From positions 64,001-128,000 of the forward strand of contig BK006948.2 in assembly GCA_000146045.2 (NCBI GenBank): DNA of 64,000 bases, read 5' to 3'. The position numbers were made by a program, and so were the translations under genes. Every line of letters begins with the position of its first letter. Position 1 is the stretch's first letter. Below are positions 33,551-45,175 of the stretch, piece by piece. Origin of the DNA: TPA_inf: Saccharomyces (Eukaryota). The notes beneath the pieces were generated by a model. The model ran no database searches, was not told the origin of the DNA, and saw only the letters and a program-made list of their open reading frames with translations.

Positions 33551-35488
33551 ATGTCTGATGAAGATAACAATTATGACGACTTCATGTTATCGGATGACGA
33601 AGGCATGGAGTCAATTGAAATGGAGGAAGAAACCGATGATGAAGACAAACAAAACATTGAAATAAATGAAGACAATAGTCAGGATGATCAAGATCGAGGA
33701 GCGGCACGACATAAGCAACATGAACAAGGCACCTTCGAGAAACATGACAGAGTAGAAGATATTTGTGAAAGAATCTTTGAGCAAGGCCAAGCTCTCAAAG
33801 AAGACGAACGATATAAAGAGGCTCGCGATTTATTTTTAAAGATATATTACAAGGAAGAATTTTCATCTGACGAAAGTATAGAAAGGCTCATGACATGGAA
33901 ATTTAAATCACTTATTGAGATATTACGTTTAAGAGCCCTACAACTCTATTTTCAGAAAAACGGTGCACAGGATTTAGTTCTACAAATTTTAGAAGACACG
34001 GCAACTATGTCGGTTTTTTTACAAAGAATAGACTTTCAAATTGATGGAAATATATTTGAATTACTTTCTGATACTTTTGAGGTATTGGCACCCAAGTGGG
34101 AAAGAGTATTCTTGTTCGACATCGAGAAAGTTGATAGGGAAAATATGATCTGCAAAATTGATTTCCAAAAAAACTTCATGGATCAGTTTCAATGGATTTT
34201 AAGAAAGCCTGGCAAGGATTGTAAACTCCAAAATCTCCAGCGTATAATTAGAAAAAAGATATTTATTGCCGTTGTTTGGTATCAAAGGTTAACCATGGGG
34301 AATGTATTCACCCCGGAAATTTCTTCCCAAATAGAGATTCTTGTGAAAGATAATGAATGCTCTTCTTTTGAGGAAAATAATGATTTGGAAAGTGTATCTA
34401 TGTTACTGCAGTATTACATATTGGAGTATATGAACACTGCACGAATAAACAATAGAAGGTTGTTTAAGAAGTGCATTGACTTTTTTGAAATGTTGATATC
34501 TAAGTCGCTTACTTTCTCACAAGAATCTGGACTGATGGTAATATTATATACCTCTAAGATTGTATTCATTTTAGACTCTGATTCAGAGAATGATTTATCC
34601 TTTGCGCTGATGAGATATTATGATCGGAAAGAAGAGCTAAAAAATATGTTCCTCTATATCTTGAAACACTTGGAAGAGATGGGAAAACTTCGGGAGAGGG
34701 ATATTACCTCTTTGTTTCACAAGTTCATTCTTAGCGGCTTCATTTTCACGAGCATGATTCTAGAAGCAATTAGCACAGACAAGATTAATCCTTTTGGTTT
34801 CGAACAAGTGAAGATTGCGCTAGGCAGCCCTATTGTTAACGTATTAGAAGATGTCTACAGGTGCTTCGCACAACTGGAACTAAGACAGCTGAATGCAAGT
34901 ATATCTCTTATTCCTGAATTGTCCGTAGTACTAAGTGGAATTATTCAAGATATTTACTATCTGGCGCAGACATTAAAGTTGTGGAGAAAAATTGCACGAT
35001 TATACTCCTGTATCTCCATAAGTGACATTATAAGTATGCTGCAAATAAGTGATGACAATGAAATGACAAGAGATGATTTGCTAACAATTTTAATGAGGTC
35101 AATAATGAAAAATAGATCGGTTGTGTATTTTAAGTTAGATTTGACAAGTGATTTAGTCTATTTCGGAGACGAGAATAAAGTCATGCTACCGAGATGTTCT
35201 AAAGAAGAATTTCGTCTTATGATCTCTCCCAAGGATGAAGAAACCACTGAAAAGGCCAGGCTAATAGATTTTGAGTACGTTAACGATGTCGCGATTTATA
35301 ATAACCCAACAAGAATAAGAACCAAATCCTCTAAAGAATTTTTCAATACATTAAGAAAATCTAGGGAAACTGTAAAATTACCGAGGGTAAGCAACCAGTC
35401 GAATGAAGATACTTTTCTACCATCGTATATGAAGTTTTCCAACAAGTACCTCGAGCTGTGCAAACTGGCCTCTAACAATCTGGAATAG
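33551..35488 (+). CDS. RRI2: COP9 signalosome subunit (Csn10/Rri2)
   Basis: 645-aa ORF with an acidic N-terminus. Length and position match remembered Rri2. Confidence 0.8.
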   Translation: MSDEDNNYDDFMLSDDEGMESIEMEEETDDEDKQNIEINEDNSQDDQDRGAARHKQHEQGTFEKHDRVEDICERIFEQGQALKEDERYKEARDLFLKIYYKEEFSSDESIERLMTWKFKSLIEILRLRALQLYFQKNGAQDLVLQILEDTATMSVFLQRIDFQIDGNIFELLSDTFEVLAPKWERVFLFDIEKVDRENMICKIDFQKNFMDQFQWILRKPGKDCKLQNLQRIIRKKIFIAVVWYQRLTMGNVFTPEISSQIEILVKDNECSSFEENNDLESVSMLLQYYILEYMNTARINNRRLFKKCIDFFEMLISKSLTFSQESGLMVILYTSKIVFILDSDSENDLSFALMRYYDRKEELKNMFLYILKHLEEMGKLRERDITSLFHKFILSGFIFTSMILEAISTDKINPFGFEQVKIALGSPIVNVLEDVYRCFAQLELRQLNASISLIPELSVVLSGIIQDIYYLAQTLKLWRKIARLYSCISISDIISMLQISDDNEMTRDDLLTILMRSIMKNRSVVYFKLDLTSDLVYFGDENKVMLPRCSKEEFRLMISPKDEETTEKARLIDFEYVNDVAIYNNPTRIRTKSSKEFFNTLRKSRETVKLPRVSNQSNEDTFLPSYMKFSNKYLELCKLASNNLE

Positions 35489-35808
35489 AATGTCGATCAG
35501 GCACGTTCGTGTAAACATTACGATTTTGGAATTCCACTTACATAAGATAGCTTCTTTGTAAAAGCCGTTCGAAGATTTCGTTTATAGTGATGCTTTTTCT
35601 GGAGAGATTTAAGATAATAAGGATATGTGGAAGGAAATGAAAATGTACACCTACAAAGCGTTGATGGTATGGAAACTATCGACCATAGTTTGTTAAACAG
35701 GAAATATTTGCTTGAGGGTAAAGTGTTCTGATTCATTATACAAAGCCCCTTGCTTATAAGAAAAGAAACCAAATCAGAAAAGGAGATTATTTCAAGGTAG
35801 GCATCGAA

Positions 35809-36957
35809 ATGGCAAGTAACCAGCACATAGGAGCTTCAAACCTAAATGAGAATGAGGCTATATTAACCAACCGCGTTGCTGAGCTGGAAAGGCGTATGTC
35901 GATGTTTGAGGGTATATTTCACGCGTTAAGTAACCGTCTCGATCTTCACTTTAAAAAATATGATGTAGTGGTAAACTCCCAACAGCAACAAATCAACGAA
36001 CTGACCGCGTTTTTATCAACATTGCTGAATGACCAACAACGCCACGCTGAAATTCTCAGTGAAAAATTAAGCGGAACGTTGCATGGGGTGTCAGCTACGT
36101 CAATATCCTTAAGCCAAACTCTTGACCCACAAGGCTTCACTGATGGAACTACGGCACCAGGAGCTCCTAGGAATTATACTTCAGTGCCTATGAATAATGA
36201 TCAAACTGCTCATCCGCAAAATGAAGGAGCTGTTAGTAATGAAACACTTTTTGAGGACATTTTGAATGGAAATTCACAAGAAAATGATAAGAGTCAACAA
36301 CAAACTAACAGCTCAAATTCTATAAGCCAAGAAAATAATAGCACCAACCCTTCAGTGGACACTCGGTTCAACAAGCCGCAAAATTATAATTCCAATTTAG
36401 TCCCATCCTTGGAAGAGTATTCAGCAAATCCACCTAACAATGATGGTGGCCAAAGTCAAGGACTGTACATAAGCAGCAACTCTTCTCAATCACGGCAGTC
36501 TCCTAATCTCCAGAAAGTTTCTCCTAACCATGAAAATGCGGTTGAATCAAATGCACAAGAGAGCGTGCCGACATTTGAGGAGGAACAGTATGAGACTAAA
36601 ACAGGATTGAAACGGAAACGAATAGTCTGCACAAGACCCTTCGAATTTATCAAGTCACCACACTCTGTGATGGAGGTTTGGAAGGAGTATACAGAAGGTG
36701 TTAACGGGCAGCCTTCTATAAGGAAAATGGAAGCTCTTTATCAAACGGCATGGAGGCGAGATCCAGCAGTAAATAAAAGATATTCGAGAAGAAAGGTTCT
36801 TTGGAAAGCCATTCAAACTGGCCTTAATCGTGGGTATTCATTAAACTATGTTGTTGAAATATTAGAAAACTCAAGATATGTTAATGATAAACAGAAGGTT
36901 AAACAACCTATTGGTTGGTTATGCCACAGTTCTCATATTCCAGAGACTTTGAAGTGA
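35809..36957 (+). CDS. MSN1: Transcriptional activator Msn1 (Q/N/S-rich)
   Basis: 382-aa ORF matching Msn1 in length, with low-complexity N/S/Q-rich regions and a C-terminal DNA-binding region. Confidence 0.8.
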   Translation: MASNQHIGASNLNENEAILTNRVAELERRMSMFEGIFHALSNRLDLHFKKYDVVVNSQQQQINELTAFLSTLLNDQQRHAEILSEKLSGTLHGVSATSISLSQTLDPQGFTDGTTAPGAPRNYTSVPMNNDQTAHPQNEGAVSNETLFEDILNGNSQENDKSQQQTNSSNSISQENNSTNPSVDTRFNKPQNYNSNLVPSLEEYSANPPNNDGGQSQGLYISSNSSQSRQSPNLQKVSPNHENAVESNAQESVPTFEEEQYETKTGLKRKRIVCTRPFEFIKSPHSVMEVWKEYTEGVNGQPSIRKMEALYQTAWRRDPAVNKRYSRRKVLWKAIQTGLNRGYSLNYVVEILENSRYVNDKQKVKQPIGWLCHSSHIPETLK

Positions 36958-37474
36958 CATTTGCTTCTTGTGTATTCACCTTTATCCCAAATTAGCCCTT
37001 GTAACACTTATGCTTTTCTTAATAAATTAATAATTGGACTTTCCTTTAAAGTGGGTTGTATCTGTAACAATAATCTCTAATAATATCCTATAAAACTCAG
37101 AAGTCAGCCAACAACAATTGTATACGTATACATATCTATATAATATGCCTTGTACTTTACGCTCTTGAATTTAGAATAGCTGAACACCTAACTGAATTTA
37201 AGTAAAGGATCCCAAGCGTGAGATATTTAGGTTTACTCAGTTTTCTTATCTTGCCTTTTGATTATCACGTTGAGTGTCGAAGAAACCTGTATTCATCCTC
37301 GGCTTCTTGTATATGATTCTAAAATAATGTGTGAAAAAAAAAATAAAATAAAAAAAAGAGGAAAATAATATAGAATAACTATTAAGTTTCATTAAAAAAA
37401 AACCATTTGAATATACGACCAAAAACGTTACGCTTTCATAAAGTGTGAATAAGCAAGGGAACTATACTTGAAAT

Positions 37475-39229
37475 ATGGGGGCAAAGAGTGTAACAGCCTC
37501 TTCTTCAAAGAAGATTAAAAACCGGCATAATGGGAAAGTGAAAAAGAGCAAGAAAATCAAGAAAGTACGGAAACCACAGAAGTCTATATCCTTGAACGAC
37601 GAAAACGAAGTAGAGATTTTACCTAGTCGTAATGAGCAAGAGACAAATAAATTACCTAAAGATCACGTCACGGCGGATGGAATTCTTGTATTAGAACATA
37701 AATCTGATGATGATGAAGGATTCGATGTCTACGATGGACATTTCGATAACCCTACTGATATTCCCTCGACTACTGAAGAAAGTAAAACGCCTTCATTAGC
37801 AGTGCACGGGGATGAGAAGGATCTTGCTAACAATGATGATTTTATCTCTCTTTCTGCTAGTTCTGAGGATGAGCAAGCCGAACAGGAAGAGGAGAGGGAG
37901 AAACAAGAATTAGAAATTAAAAAAGAAAAGCAAAAGGAAATCCTTAATACTGATTATCCATGGATTTTAAATCATGATCACTCCAAACAGAAAGAAATCT
38001 CGGACTGGCTAACCTTTGAAATCAAGGATTTTGTTGCCTATATCTCACCAAGTCGTGAAGAAATTGAAATTCGTAATCAAACCATAAGTACAATAAGAGA
38101 GGCTGTCAAACAGTTATGGCCAGATGCTGATTTGCACGTGTTTGGATCATATTCTACCGATTTGTATTTGCCTGGTTCCGATATTGATTGCGTGGTAACG
38201 AGCGAACTTGGTGGTAAGGAAAGTAGGAATAACTTGTATTCGTTAGCAAGCCATTTAAAAAAAAAAAATTTGGCAACAGAGGTTGAAGTTGTCGCCAAAG
38301 CTCGCGTTCCAATCATCAAGTTTGTTGAGCCACATTCAGGGATCCACATAGATGTTTCATTTGAGAGAACAAATGGTATTGAAGCAGCAAAGCTTATTAG
38401 AGAGTGGTTGGACGATACCCCCGGCCTGAGAGAATTAGTCCTTATCGTAAAACAATTCCTACACGCAAGAAGACTAAATAATGTGCATACCGGTGGTCTT
38501 GGTGGGTTTAGTATTATATGTCTTGTCTTTTCCTTTTTGCATATGCACCCACGTATAATAACTAACGAAATAGATCCAAAGGACAACTTGGGTGTGCTCC
38601 TGATAGAGTTTTTTGAACTTTATGGGAAAAATTTTGGTTATGATGATGTTGCACTGGGATCATCGGATGGATATCCAGTATACTTTCCAAAATCGACATG
38701 GAGTGCTATTCAGCCTATTAAAAATCCATTTTCATTGGCCATTCAAGATCCAGGTGATGAATCAAATAACATCAGTCGAGGGTCCTTTAACATTCGAGAT
38801 ATTAAAAAGGCATTTGCTGGTGCTTTTGATCTGTTGACGAATAGATGTTTTGAATTACATTCAGCAACTTTTAAGGATCGATTGGGGAAAAGTATATTGG
38901 GAAACGTGATCAAATATCGTGGAAAGGCAAGAGATTTCAAGGATGAAAGAGGTCTAGTACTGAATAAGGCTATTATTGAAAATGAAAACTATCACAAGAA
39001 ACGTAGCAGAATAATTCATGATGAAGATTTTGCCGAAGATACAGTTACCTCCACAGCCACCGCTACCACAACAGATGATGATTATGAAATAACGAACCCA
39101 CCTGCTAAGAAGGCTAAAATAGAAGAAAAACCTGAAAGTGAACCGGCCAAGAGAAATAGTGGAGAGACATATATCACTGTCTCTAGCGAAGATGATGATG
39201 AAGATGGATATAATCCTTATACCCTTTAA
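37475..39229 (+). CDS. PAP2: Non-canonical poly(A) polymerase of the TRAMP complex (Pol beta-like nucleotidyltransferase)
   Basis: 584-aa ORF with the nucleotidyltransferase motif GSYSTDLYLPGSDIDCVV. Matches remembered Trf4/Pap2. Confidence 0.88.
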   Translation: MGAKSVTASSSKKIKNRHNGKVKKSKKIKKVRKPQKSISLNDENEVEILPSRNEQETNKLPKDHVTADGILVLEHKSDDDEGFDVYDGHFDNPTDIPSTTEESKTPSLAVHGDEKDLANNDDFISLSASSEDEQAEQEEEREKQELEIKKEKQKEILNTDYPWILNHDHSKQKEISDWLTFEIKDFVAYISPSREEIEIRNQTISTIREAVKQLWPDADLHVFGSYSTDLYLPGSDIDCVVTSELGGKESRNNLYSLASHLKKKNLATEVEVVAKARVPIIKFVEPHSGIHIDVSFERTNGIEAAKLIREWLDDTPGLRELVLIVKQFLHARRLNNVHTGGLGGFSIICLVFSFLHMHPRIITNEIDPKDNLGVLLIEFFELYGKNFGYDDVALGSSDGYPVYFPKSTWSAIQPIKNPFSLAIQDPGDESNNISRGSFNIRDIKKAFAGAFDLLTNRCFELHSATFKDRLGKSILGNVIKYRGKARDFKDERGLVLNKAIIENENYHKKRSRIIHDEDFAEDTVTSTATATTTDDDYEITNPPAKKAKIEEKPESEPAKRNSGETYITVSSEDDDEDGYNPYTL

Positions 39230-39316
39230 TATGTGCCTTTTTGTTTAAATGATGCACTGAACTGTACATCACTGTGTACCTGGATAGAATGTGTGTTTAA
39301 ATATGCGTATTATGTA

Positions 39317-39925
39317 TTAATAATTGAATTTAATTTTACTTCTGTTTTTCTTTTTATCGCTGTGAACTTTTTTGTCAAGAAGTCGCTCTTTGTTGGCTTT
39401 CTCTTTTATTTTATTCCATTTCTTTGAGGTCTCAGCAGTGGTATCATTAGGAAATTGGCACGTTTGCCGAATTTCTTGAACCAACTTCTCGAAGCATTTT
39501 AATTTGTTGGTTTCCCTTGACCTAGTTTCATCAGATTGAATTACTATAGAATCGCTGCCCTTAGCGTAGTATCGAAACCTGCCGCTACTTAAGATGTTTC
39601 TCACTTCCTGAGGAATCCAAGCACAGTTTGATAAACCAGAAAGTGTCAAAGTACATTTACTATTTACCTTATTAACGTTTTGGCCTCCTGGCCCGCTGGC
39701 TCTATCGTAACGTAAAATAAATTGATTTAAGGGCAAGCCCGTTACGTTAAGTGCTCCTACCCAGTTTCTTGCCTGGACGAAGTCAGATTTCTTTCCGATC
39801 TTTTTATTACTAATCAATCTGACTGCCTCTTCAACGAACTGTTGTTTCTTGCAGTGCAACATTGGTTGAAGTACAAACAGAGGGGAGCGCCCAGTAAGTT
39901 TAAACTTTCCCATCAATGTTGTCAT
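39317..39925 (-). CDS. PTH4: Mitochondrial peptidyl-tRNA hydrolase of the RF-1 domain family (ICT1-like, GGQ motif), YOL114C
   Basis: 202-aa ORF with the GGQ-containing motif SGPGGQNVNKV characteristic of release-factor and ICT1 domains. Confidence 0.75.
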   Translation of the reverse strand: MTTLMGKFKLTGRSPLFVLQPMLHCKKQQFVEEAVRLISNKKIGKKSDFVQARNWVGALNVTGLPLNQFILRYDRASGPGGQNVNKVNSKCTLTLSGLSNCAWIPQEVRNILSSGRFRYYAKGSDSIVIQSDETRSRETNKLKCFEKLVQEIRQTCQFPNDTTAETSKKWNKIKEKANKERLLDKKVHSDKKKNRSKIKFNY

Positions 39926-40325
39926 ATGATATTTCTTGGCGTGTTTCCCTTCAATTTACTGAAAGGCAAACAGTAATGTTAAGGATTCTGTTGTTTTTTT
40001 TTACCGTATACGCTTGATTTCGTCAGCCCCTTGGAAGACACGAAATGTTGACTATCCGCTTCCAGATCTGGTAAAAGATTGATTTGCGATAATTCCTGTT
40101 GTTGTCATCACGGGTGTTATGGTTTGTTGTAAACTAAAAAAAGAATGAAGGAACAGGACGCAGATTCATCTAATCAAGTTCTGTGGGGAGGTCCCCAGTG
40201 GTAAGTGAATAAATATTCGCTTTATGAAGACCTACACCTGGTTTTCTCAATGGATCAGACGATAAGTACAATTTTTGTAGAGCTATACTCGAGGACAATC
40301 AGACAAAACGAAAGAATATCTTTCG

Positions 40326-42293
40326 ATGAAGGGCGTAAAAAAGGAAGGATGGATATCTTATAAAGTTGATGGATTGTTTTCGTTCTTATGGCAAAAGAGA
40401 TACTTGGTACTGAATGATTCGTATTTAGCATTTTACAAAAGTGATAAGTGCAATGAGGAACCAGTCTTATCTGTGCCTTTGACTAGTATAACAAATGTTA
40501 GCAGAATACAATTGAAACAAAATTGTTTTGAGATTCTTCGGGCAACAGATCAAAAAGAGAACATATCCCCCATAAACTCCTACTTTTATGAATCAAATTC
40601 CAAAAGATCGATATTCATTTCCACAAGAACCGAACGGGATTTGCATGGCTGGCTTGATGCCATTTTTGCCAAATGTCCTCTCCTTAGTGGTGTTTCATCA
40701 CCAACAAATTTTACACACAAAGTACACGTTGGGTTCGACCCAAAAGTGGGAAACTTTGTTGGAGTACCTGATAGTTGGGCTAAACTACTACAAACCTCAG
40801 AAATTACGTACGACGATTGGAACAGAAACTCAAAAGCTGTTATTAAAGCACTGCAATTTTATGAAGATTACAATGGACTGGACACAATGCAATTCAATGA
40901 TCACCTCAACACAAGCTTAGACTTGAAACCTTTAAAAAGTCCGACAAGGTATATTATAAACAAGAGGACTAATTCCATCAAGAGATCAGTAAGTAGGACG
41001 CTCCGAAAAGGCAAAACAGATTCCATTTTACCCGTCTATCAATCAGAACTTAAACCATTCCCAAGGCCTAGTGATGATGATTATAAGTTTACCAACATAG
41101 AGGACAATAAAGTACGCGAAGAAGGCAGGGTGCATGTTAGTAAAGAAAGCACGGCAGATTCCCAGACAAAGCAGTTAGGAAAGAAGGAACAGAAAGTCAT
41201 TCAAAGCCATCTGCGAAGGCATGATAATAATTCAACATTTAGACCTCATCGACTAGCACCATCTGCACCTGCTACAAAAAATCATGATAGTAAAACTAAA
41301 TGGCATAAGGAGGATCTCCTTGAACTTAAGAATAATGATGATTCGAATGAAATAATAATGAAGATGAAAACTGTTGCAATTGATGTAAACCCAAGACCGT
41401 ATTTCCAACTGGTAGAAAAGGCTGGTCAAGGAGCAAGTGGTGCAGTATACCTGTCAAAGCGAATAAAATTACCTCAAGAAAATGACCCGAGATTCTTGAA
41501 ATCACATTGCCACCGAGTCGTAGGCGAAAGAGTGGCCATTAAGCAGATACGTTTATCTGAACAACCAAAGAAACAATTGATTATGAATGAACTCCTAGTG
41601 ATGAATGATTCGCGCCAAGAAAATATCGTTAATTTCCTTGAAGCCTATATTATTGATGACGAAGAGTTATGGGTGATAATGGAGTACATGGAAGGTGGCT
41701 GCTTAACAGATATATTGGATGCTGTAGCAAGGAGCAATACCGGTGAGCACTCATCGCCGTTAAACGAAAACCAAATGGCATATATAGTAAAAGAGACGTG
41801 CCAAGGTTTGAAGTTTTTGCATAACAAGAAAATTATCCATCGAGATATCAAATCTGATAATATCCTTCTGAATTCCCAAGGGTTAGTGAAAATTACAGAC
41901 TTCGGTTTTTGTGTGGAATTAACAGAAAAAAGAAGCAAGCGTGCCACAATGGTAGGTACTCCATATTGGATGGCACCTGAAATAGTGAATCAAAAGGGAT
42001 ATGATGAAAAAGTCGACGTTTGGTCTCTAGGGATAATGCTTATTGAGATGATAGAAGGTGAACCGCCTTACCTAAATGAGGATCCTTTGAAGGCGCTGTA
42101 TCTGATAGCTAACAACGGTTCACCAAAATTGCGTCATCCAGAGTCAGTGTCCAAGCAAACCAAACAATTCTTAGATGCCTGTTTGCAAGTGAATGTCGAA
42201 TCAAGAGCATCCGTGAGAAAACTACTAACGTTTGAATTTTTGTCAATGGCATGCAGCCCTGAGCAGCTCAAAGTATCCTTAAAGTGGCATTGA
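40326..42293 (+). CDS. SKM1: PAK/Ste20-family protein kinase with an N-terminal PH-like and CRIB region
   Basis: 655-aa ORF with a C-terminal kinase domain (HRDIKSDN, DFG, GTPYWMAPE). Matches remembered Skm1. Confidence 0.85.
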   Translation: MKGVKKEGWISYKVDGLFSFLWQKRYLVLNDSYLAFYKSDKCNEEPVLSVPLTSITNVSRIQLKQNCFEILRATDQKENISPINSYFYESNSKRSIFISTRTERDLHGWLDAIFAKCPLLSGVSSPTNFTHKVHVGFDPKVGNFVGVPDSWAKLLQTSEITYDDWNRNSKAVIKALQFYEDYNGLDTMQFNDHLNTSLDLKPLKSPTRYIINKRTNSIKRSVSRTLRKGKTDSILPVYQSELKPFPRPSDDDYKFTNIEDNKVREEGRVHVSKESTADSQTKQLGKKEQKVIQSHLRRHDNNSTFRPHRLAPSAPATKNHDSKTKWHKEDLLELKNNDDSNEIIMKMKTVAIDVNPRPYFQLVEKAGQGASGAVYLSKRIKLPQENDPRFLKSHCHRVVGERVAIKQIRLSEQPKKQLIMNELLVMNDSRQENIVNFLEAYIIDDEELWVIMEYMEGGCLTDILDAVARSNTGEHSSPLNENQMAYIVKETCQGLKFLHNKKIIHRDIKSDNILLNSQGLVKITDFGFCVELTEKRSKRATMVGTPYWMAPEIVNQKGYDEKVDVWSLGIMLIEMIEGEPPYLNEDPLKALYLIANNGSPKLRHPESVSKQTKQFLDACLQVNVESRASVRKLLTFEFLSMACSPEQLKVSLKWH

Positions 42294-42709
42294 AATTTAG
42301 CTTTTTTTTATTTAGGAGAAACAATATATATATATATGTATATACGTATGTATGATTCATATTTTAATCGCATTTTTATTTCATCTAAAACAATTACTCT
42401 TTTTGATTATTTATAGAAAAAAAACAACAATGATACGTTTGCTTCGCGTTATGTCAATAGAAAATGTAAAAGGAAAAAGAATGTGTTGCTATTCGTTAGG
42501 CGGATTTACGGATGGAAGACATATCTATGAACTGAGCTTACAAACGCTTTTAGCGGGGACAGTTAATCATTTTACGGATGATTTTATAAGAATAAACTAT
42601 TTTTGAAAAGTTAGGATAGTATTTTGTACATTTGGCACCGAAGTAATTCAAAATCGAGGAAGACTCGCACACTTTTACAATCACAGAAGGCAAAACCCGG
42701 CATGACAGG

Positions 42710-44188
42710 ATGATAATGTCATCAACTATGTCGACAGAAGCCGCCTTGGTACCGAACGAAAGTGTTTTTGACACAGTTTCGTCATTCAACGAAGACGATG
42801 CCAATTATAGCGTTCTTGATTTATACGATGACGACGATGAAGGGGATGATAGTTCTACAGTAGAACGAAAAGAAATATTGACAACACGTGAGCTTGAAAA
42901 AGCAAAGGCGTTTACCAGCTTAATCATGGCAGATCCTGAGAATTTTGATAGATATGGATTTAGCAAGAAAGGATATTTCATTAGTCAGGAAGAATACGAC
43001 AAATGGTGGACAGAATATAATAGATACACCGAAAGAAGAAAAAAAAAGTGGGAGAACTTTCTTCTTAAGAATAAGATTGAGCTCCACAATGATAATCCTC
43101 TAGTATATCCTGCAAGGACAGATGAATTGTCAAAATTTGTTAGAAAAGGTATACCAGCAGAATGGAGAGGGAATGCCTGGTGGTATTTTGCTGGTGGACA
43201 ACGACAATTAGACGCAAATGTTGGCGTTTATGATAGACTGAAAAGTGACTGTCGCGAGGGTGCCGTATCTGGTAAAGATATGGAAGCTATAGAACGGGAT
43301 CTTTATCGAACGTTTCCCGATAATATACATTTCCATAAGGAGTCCTTCCAAAATGGAGAGCCGGCGATCATCCGATCATTGCGTCGAGTATTAATGGCCT
43401 TTTCTGTTTATGACAAGACTATTGGATACTGCCAATCGATGAATTTTCTCGTTGGATTGCTATTATTGTTCATGGAAGAAGAGAAAGCATTTTGGATGCT
43501 GGTTATTATTACCGGTAAGTATTTACCTGGCGTGTATGAATCAGACTTAGAGGGTGCGAACGTGGATCAAGGGGTGTTGGTGTTATGTATCAAGGAATAT
43601 TTACCCGAGATATGGTCACACATTGAGTCATCGTATATGAATGGCAATGGCAGCACTGACCAGATATCAGGGCCAGCATCGGGGGAAGAATATCTCTGCA
43701 GGCTGCCTACGCTGACGCTGTGTACGGCAAGTTGGTTTATGAGCTGTTTTGTGGGCGTGGTGCCCATCGAAACGACCCTGAGAATATGGGACTGTTTATT
43801 CTATGAAGAGTCTCATTTTTTATTTAAAGTGGCTTTGGGGATACTGAAATTGAGCGAAAGCGAGTTTTTGGAGAGTAAAAGCCAGAAACTGTTTAGACAG
43901 TACTCTTCGTACACCTTCGGTGGTAGTAATGACTCTGATTCAACTTTCAAAAGATTAAAGAACAAGATTAAGACGCAGGAAGAGGCAGATATGGAGATTT
44001 TGCAAGTGATTCAAAATTTCCCAAAAAGATTGCTCAATCCGAATGATATCTTTGAGAAAGTCCTGATGAAGAAGAAGGTTGCGTTGAATGGTATTACCCA
44101 GGAAAAGATTGATCGCGGTAGAGAGTATGTGGCGATGGCGAGAAATAGACAAAGGGCGAGTAGCCGCCCAAAGGAAAGAAGAAAATAG
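42710..44188 (+). CDS. MSB4: TBC-domain Rab GTPase-activating protein
   Basis: 492-aa ORF with TBC-domain Arg and Gln finger motifs (IERDLYRTF, YCQSMN). Matches remembered Msb4. Confidence 0.82.
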   Translation: MIMSSTMSTEAALVPNESVFDTVSSFNEDDANYSVLDLYDDDDEGDDSSTVERKEILTTRELEKAKAFTSLIMADPENFDRYGFSKKGYFISQEEYDKWWTEYNRYTERRKKKWENFLLKNKIELHNDNPLVYPARTDELSKFVRKGIPAEWRGNAWWYFAGGQRQLDANVGVYDRLKSDCREGAVSGKDMEAIERDLYRTFPDNIHFHKESFQNGEPAIIRSLRRVLMAFSVYDKTIGYCQSMNFLVGLLLLFMEEEKAFWMLVIITGKYLPGVYESDLEGANVDQGVLVLCIKEYLPEIWSHIESSYMNGNGSTDQISGPASGEEYLCRLPTLTLCTASWFMSCFVGVVPIETTLRIWDCLFYEESHFLFKVALGILKLSESEFLESKSQKLFRQYSSYTFGGSNDSDSTFKRLKNKIKTQEEADMEILQVIQNFPKRLLNPNDIFEKVLMKKKVALNGITQEKIDRGREYVAMARNRQRASSRPKERRK

Positions 44189-44257
44189 TAAGCGCAACCG
44201 TGATAAAAAGCGCAACTGTGTAAAATAACAAGTATGTACGTACTAACTATACTAATC

Positions 44258-44914
<657 letters not shown>

Positions 44915-45175
44915 TTATTATTCTTCGCTAGTTTATCTCTGTATCGGTCTGTTCTAACCCTTTTCTCCAACTATGTTCTCCTGTGCATGTTTTCTTCTTT
45001 TCGTTTTTCCTTTGTTTTTTTTGGTCGTAGTTGTCGCAAGCTCGGCCTCCGGCCTGATTTTAAAACTATTCCTAATTCAAGATTCGGTAAAAAAGATATA
45101 TAATAGCTAAGGGGAGGAGAGGAATAAGAGGAAAAAGTTACATTAGAGGACAATACTCAATCTAACCCTTACTAG

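Noticed and set aside
38077-38586. 169-aa antisense ORF inside PAP2/TRF4
   Set aside because: It sits opposite a well-conserved nucleotidyltransferase domain. The Cys-rich, low-complexity product is typical of antisense noise.
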